The notes below the pieces were generated by a model. It made no database searches and was not told where the DNA came from. It was given only the letters and a program-made list of their open reading frames with translations. 64,000 nucleotides of DNA from assembly GCF_030684315.1 (NCBI RefSeq), contig NC_081393.1:14503479-14567478 (forward strand). Reading direction: 5' to 3'. The first letter of the stretch is position 1. Every line of letters starts with the position of its first letter. Both the position numbers and the translations under genes were made by a program. Source of the stretch: Stegostoma tigrinum. Its lineage: Eukaryota. This document shows, piece by piece, positions 63,336 to 64,000 of this stretch.

Positions 63336-64000
63336 AAAAGTTCTAAAAGTTGTGTTCAAATTCCTCCATGTCATTGACCATCTCTTGATCTCTGTAACTT
63401 GTTTCGACCTTACAGCCCTCTGACAGCTCTGTATTTTCCTATTCTGACCTCTGGCACACCACAATTTTTAACATTGTCTTTCTACTGCTGAGGACCTACC
63501 CTCTTCAGTCCCGTCCCTGAGCCTGCTCAGCCCTCTCTCTTCCCCTCTTTCCTCCTTTAAGATGCCTCTTAGCCCTTTTTGAGCAAGGTTTTAATATGTG
63601 CAAATACGTCAGCGTAACAGCTCAATGTCAAATTTTATTAGATACTCCTGTGAGATCCCTTGAGACAGTTGGCTGTGTAAACAGAAGTTGTTCTCAAAGT
63701 GAACAAACAACATATGCTGTGGCTCCCCAAAAGATCTAACTATTTAATTAACAGATCAAATCTGCAGGAATTCATTCAAGCATCCCTTCAGCAAATTTTC
63801 ATTTTGAGAACCTGCTCAGTGAAATGAATATTCTTCTGAGCTGGAGCTCTAGATTGTCTCATCATGTATAAATGACATGACGGTGATACAATCAATTCAA
63901 TACAATACAGCATAGGAACAGGCCCTTTGGCCCACCAAGTCAAGACATCTCAAATCAAGATATAAATTAAACAGCTGGCAATGAACAGCCTAGTGATGTG

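Overview
Eukaryotic, repeat-rich vertebrate DNA, almost certainly a shark or other elasmobranch (inferred from HE1/V-SINEs, Deu-type SINEs, CR1 LINEs and abundant Penelope-like elements). The core is a complete AP3M2 gene (AP-3 adaptor mu-2 subunit) on the minus strand: 8 coding exons from 45463 to 9445, all GT-AG, 1257 nt = 418 aa plus stop, with a CpG/ETS/CCAAT promoter at about 45460-45960. Downstream of it, also on minus, is the first coding exon of a deoxynucleoside kinase of the DGUOK/DCK family (ends ...ISVEGNI at 2002) with a possible mitochondrial presequence. Upstream are two probable terminal exons of an unidentified minus-strand gene (62935-62986, 58591-58719). The rest is mostly decayed retroelements. 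The most notable structure is a set of Penelope-like elements and small palindromic derivatives. They have target-site duplications and a reproducible arm asymmetry, and they carry minimal hammerhead-ribozyme-like cores (CUGAUGA-stem-GAAAC-GUC) in three distinct families. TE boundaries are approximate and family names come from motif recognition, not database searches.
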